This document shows, one piece after another, positions 60,241 to 64,000 of a DNA stretch of 64,000 nt; position 1 is the stretch's first letter, and each line of letters begins with the position of its first letter. The notes under the pieces were generated by a model. It ran no database searches. It was not told where the DNA came from and saw only the letters and a program-made list of their open reading frames with translations. The DNA is from Macrostomum lignano (lineage: Eukaryota): the NCBI GenBank assembly GCA_002269645.1, contig NIVC01000893.1, positions 3,543-67,542 of the forward strand. Direction: 5' to 3'. A program made the position numbers and the translations under genes.

Positions 60241-61654
60241 GAAGCTGGCCGGCAAGACGCTCTTCATCACTGGAGCCAGCCGTGAAATTGGGCTCGCAAT
60301 CGCCCTGCGCGCAGCCCGCGACGGTGCCAACATAGTTGTGGCCGCCAAGACTGCCACCGCTCATCCCAAGCTGCCTGGCACAATTTACACTGCCGCTGAG
60401 GAGATTGAAAAAGCTGGTGGCAAGGCGCTGCCATGCGTTGTTGACATCAGGCAAGCTGCTTACCTGCGCTTAGCCAACATTCTTAACTTAATTCCCTTAT
60501 CGCTCAGATCCTCAATTTAGTCCTTAGTCCCACTCCAGATCTCCAAGTGTTTCTGATTGTTTCCTCAGATCCCAATATAATCCCTAATCCTTACTTCCAA
60601 TACAGTCCGTAATCCCTATCCCACCGCAGATCCCTAATACAGTCCCTAATCCCTACTCCCAATATAATCCCTAATTCCTACTTCCAATATAGTCCTAATC
60701 CCACCGCAGATCTCTAATATAGTCCCTAATCCCATCGCAGATCCCCAATAGCTCGTATAGTCCTAATATCACTCCAGATCCCCAATATAGTCCCTAATCC
60801 CTACTCCCAATATAGTCCCTAATCCCTACTTCCAATATAGTCCTAATCCCACCGCAGATCTCTAATGTAGTCCCTAATCCCATCGCATATCCCCAATATA
60901 GTCCCTAATCCCTACTCCCAATATAGTCCCTAATCCCTACTTCCAATATAGTCCTAATCCCACCGCAGATCTCTAATGTAGTCCCTAATCCCACCGCAGA
61001 TCCCCAATATAGTCCTAATCCCACCGCAGATCCCCAATATAGTCACTAATCCCACCCAGATTCTCAATATAGTCTCTAATCCCACCGCAGATCCCCAATA
61101 TAGTCTCTAATCCCACCCAGATCCCCAATATAGGCCCTAATCCCTCCCTAAATCCCAAGTGTGTCTAATCCCAATAGCCTCCCACTCCAGAATGGAGGAC
61201 CAGGTGCAGAAGGCGGTGAACGAAGCCGTGGCTCAGTTCGGCGGCATTGACATCCTGGTGAACAACGCATCCGCAATCAACCTGGTGAACACGGAGACCC
61301 TGACTATGAAATCCTTCGATCTGATGCACGGCATTAACTCTCGCGGCACCTTCCTGTGCTCCAAGCTGTGCATTCCCTACCTGTCCAAATCTGCTAATCC
61401 GCATATACTCAATATTAGCCCGCCACTGTCCATGCGGCAGCGCTGGTTCAAGGACCACGTTGGCTACACCATGGCCAAGTACGGCATGAGCATGTGCGTC
61501 CTGGGCATGTCTCCCGAGCTTGCCAAGTACGGCATCGCTGTCAATGCCCTGTGGCCAAGGACCGCCATTCTCACTGCCGCGATGAAGATGCTGGCTGGAG
61601 GAGATGAGGTAACTTTGCTGTGTTACTACAACAATAACAACAACAACAACAACA

Positions 61655-61737
<83 letters not shown>

Positions 61738-61743
61738 AACTAT

Positions 61744-61788
<45 letters not shown>

Positions 61789-61826
61789 ACTACTACAACT
61801 ACAACTACTACTAGTACTACTACTAG

Positions 61827-61907
<81 letters not shown>

Positions 61908-63347
61908 ATTCCAGGTGGCCTCCCAGTGCCGCAAGCCGGAGATTATGGCTGACGCCGCCTACCTGGTACTCACTAAAGATTCGCGCACCTTCTCCGGCCA
62001 GTTCTGCATCGACGACGACGTGCTGCGCCGCGAGGGTGGCCTTACCGACAAGGACCTTGAGCAGTACAGCTGCGTGCCAGGCGGCCAGCTGCTGCCTGAT
62101 TTTTTCCTTGACGAGCCGGACGCAGCCAAGCGTGAGTCCTGTCATGGTCTTTTGTTTGCTGCGGCTTCTGGATTGGAAGCTAGGCTTAATGGTCGATAGG
62201 AGGCTAGGCTCAATAGCCATGGAATCCATGAGGCTCAATGACCATGGAACCCATGATGTTCGATGACCATGGAATCCATAAGGCTCAGTGAGCGGTAGGG
62301 AATCCATGAGGCTCAGTGAGCGGTAGGGAATCCATGAGGCTCAGTGAGCGGTAGGGAATCCATGAGGCTCAGTGAGCGGTAGGGAATCCATGAGGCTCAG
62401 TGAGCGGTAGGGAATCCATGAGGCTCAGTGAGCGGTAGGGAATCCATGAGGCTCAGTGAGCGGTAGGGAAGCCAGGAAGTTCAATGACCGGTAGGGAAGC
62501 CAGGAGGCTGAATGACCGGTAGGGAAGCCAGGAGGCTGAATGACCGGTAGGGAAGCCAGGAGGCTGAATGACCGATAGGGAAGCCAGGAGGCTGAATGAC
62601 CGGTAGGGAAGCCAGGAGGCTGAATGACCGGTAGGGAAGCCAGGAGGCTGAATGACCGGTAGGGAAGCCAGGAGGCTGAATGACCGATAGGGAAGCCAGG
62701 AGGCTGAATGACCGGTAGGGAAGCCAGGAGGCTGAATGACCGGTAGGGAAGCCAGGAGGCGCAATGACCGATAGGGAAGCCAGGAGGCTGAATGACCGGT
62801 AGGGAAGCCAGGAGGCTGAATGACCGGTAGGGAAGCCAGGAGGCGCATTGACCGGTAGGGAAGCCAGGGGGCGCGATGACCGGTAGAGAAGCCGGGAGGC
62901 GCAATAAACGGCAAAGCTGTATCCGTAATTGCAGCAGCCGCAACCAGCGCCAGTTCGGGAGCCCAGAGCGGCCAGCAGCAGCCTGGCGCAGACGTTGAAG
63001 CCTCCATGAAGCACCTTGCCACAGCCATAGACGCGGAGGCGGTGGGTCTGGTCAAAGGCCTGGTTGAGCTTCAGCTCACGGACCTAAACCGCAGTTGGCT
63101 GCTCAATCTGAAATCCATGCCCGGCGGTCTGTCCGAAATTCGTCCGGGCGACAGCGGCTCGACAGAGAAGCCGGACACTTGCATGACAATGAAATCGGCA
63201 GACTTGCAGCAGCTGGTGTCCGGCAAGCTGTCCGCCACTGGCGCCTTCATGGCTGGCAAGCTGCGCATCACAGGCAACATGGGCGTAGCTATGAAACTGG
63301 AGAAGGTCTTTCGCAAAGCTGTGGCTGCCTCATCTGCCAAGCTCTGA
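60241..63347 (+). CDS. HSDL2: Hydroxysteroid dehydrogenase-like protein 2 (SDR plus SCP2 domain); short first exon not located
   Basis: KLAGKTLFITGASREIG..AKTATAHPKLPGTIYTAAEEI / GGIDILVNNASAI..YTMAKYGMSM..NALWPRTAI / QCRKPEIMADAAY..PDFFLDE / SCP2 GKLSATGAFMAGKLRITGNMGVAMKLE. Exons 60241-60450, 61191-61608, 61915-62131 and 62935-63347. Confidence 0.95.
60560..61160. repeat. CCCAATATAGTCCCTAATCCC(ACCGCAGAT)-type minisatellite in an HSDL2 intron
   Basis: Directly visible array. Confidence 0.9.
61628..61907. repeat. (CAA)n-(CTA)n microsatellite filling an HSDL2 intron
   Basis: Directly visible. Confidence 0.97.
62275..62890. repeat. Two adjacent related minisatellites (28-bp CATGAGGCTCAGTGAGCGGTAGGGAATC; 27-bp GAATGACCGGTAGGGAAGCCAGGAGGCT) in the last HSDL2 intron
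   Basis: Directly visible; the shared CGGTAGGGAA core suggests one array derived from the other. Confidence 0.95.
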
Positions 63348-63534
63348 GCAGTGCGAACCTGGCGGGGTAGCTGGGACTGGCGTGTTGACTTCTTGATTTG
63401 CATACGATCTATGCTCGTACATATGCATAGTGTCCATTCGATTCTTGAAATAATTGACAGTTGACAGGATCTGCGTTTGCTTTCGCAGAATCATACATGA
63501 ACTGCCAGTTGACTGCTCTAACCTGCCTTCATTA

Positions 63535-63860
63535 ATAACCCTGACCTAAACCCCATAAACCTCACCTTAACCCTACCCTTAAACCCATAAACCTCACCTT
63601 AACCCTACCCTTAAACCCCATAAACCTCACCTTAACCCTACCCTTAAACCCCATAAACCTCACCTTAATACTACCCTAAACCTCACCTTACCCCTAACCT
63701 AAATTTCACCTAAACCATAATCTAAACCTCACCTTAACCCTAACCTAAACCCGTTTAAACCTCATGTTAGCCCGAACCTGAACCTGTTTAAACCTCTTCT
63801 TTACCCCACGCTAAACCCATAAATCTCACCTAAATCCCATAAACCTCACCTAAACCCCTT
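63535..63860. repeat. C/A-rich degenerate repeat (AACCCTACCCTTAAACCCATAAACCTCACCTT); similar short tract at about 60040-60125
   Basis: Directly visible; not a canonical TTAGGG array. Confidence 0.75.
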
Positions 63861-64000
63861 TAGCCCTAACCTGGACCCCTAGACCTATCAAGCTATCAAT
63901 GTTTTTCAAGTGTCTAAAGTGGCTTTAATTGACCTTAGTTAAAATTGAATACCATTGCGTGTTTTAGAACGGTCCGTTACATTGGTATACCATTGATTGA

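Noticed and set aside
61165-62307. 380-aa minus-strand ORF with poly-S and poly-V
   Set aside because: Antisense shadow of HSDL2 exons plus the (CTA)n intron.
63535-63860. Telomeric or interstitial telomeric repeat
   Set aside because: Units are long and irregular, not (TTAGGG)n, and unique sequence follows.

Overview
AT-rich, repeat-dense animal genomic DNA. The style (GC-rich exons, minisatellite-filled introns, splice acceptors just before ATGs) suggests a flatworm such as Macrostomum, but this is an inference. Recognisable spliced genes are GPS2 (17982-20381 +), NIP7 (28208-28843 -), RGP1 (46282-50015 +) and HSDL2 (60241-63347 +, first exon not found). There is also a TNF/C1q-like type II membrane protein ORF (5269-5778 -), an unidentified 4-exon gene (23304-27319 -) and a low-complexity coiled-coil gene (about 51813-53247 +). 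Mobile DNA includes the end of a Polinton/Maverick with adenovirus pX/pVI-like ORFs (1-1406), two Penelope-like GIY-YIG fragments each followed by a minimal hammerhead ribozyme motif, a frameshifted Crypton-type tyrosine recombinase, a complete decayed Merlin element, three RTE-like LINE remnants, three tRNA-derived SINEs, many MITEs with visible TSDs and a nested DNA-transposon stack at 33-37.5 kb. The most unexplained signal is a recurrent CCATAGAC/GTCTATGG motif. It brackets the tyrosine recombinase gene, forms the ends of tiny TSD-less elements, and punctuates one 40-41 bp tandem array found in the same sense in the predicted 3' UTRs of both GPS2 and NIP7. No CRISPR array, rRNA or true tRNA gene is supported. 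All calls were made by eye without database searches.
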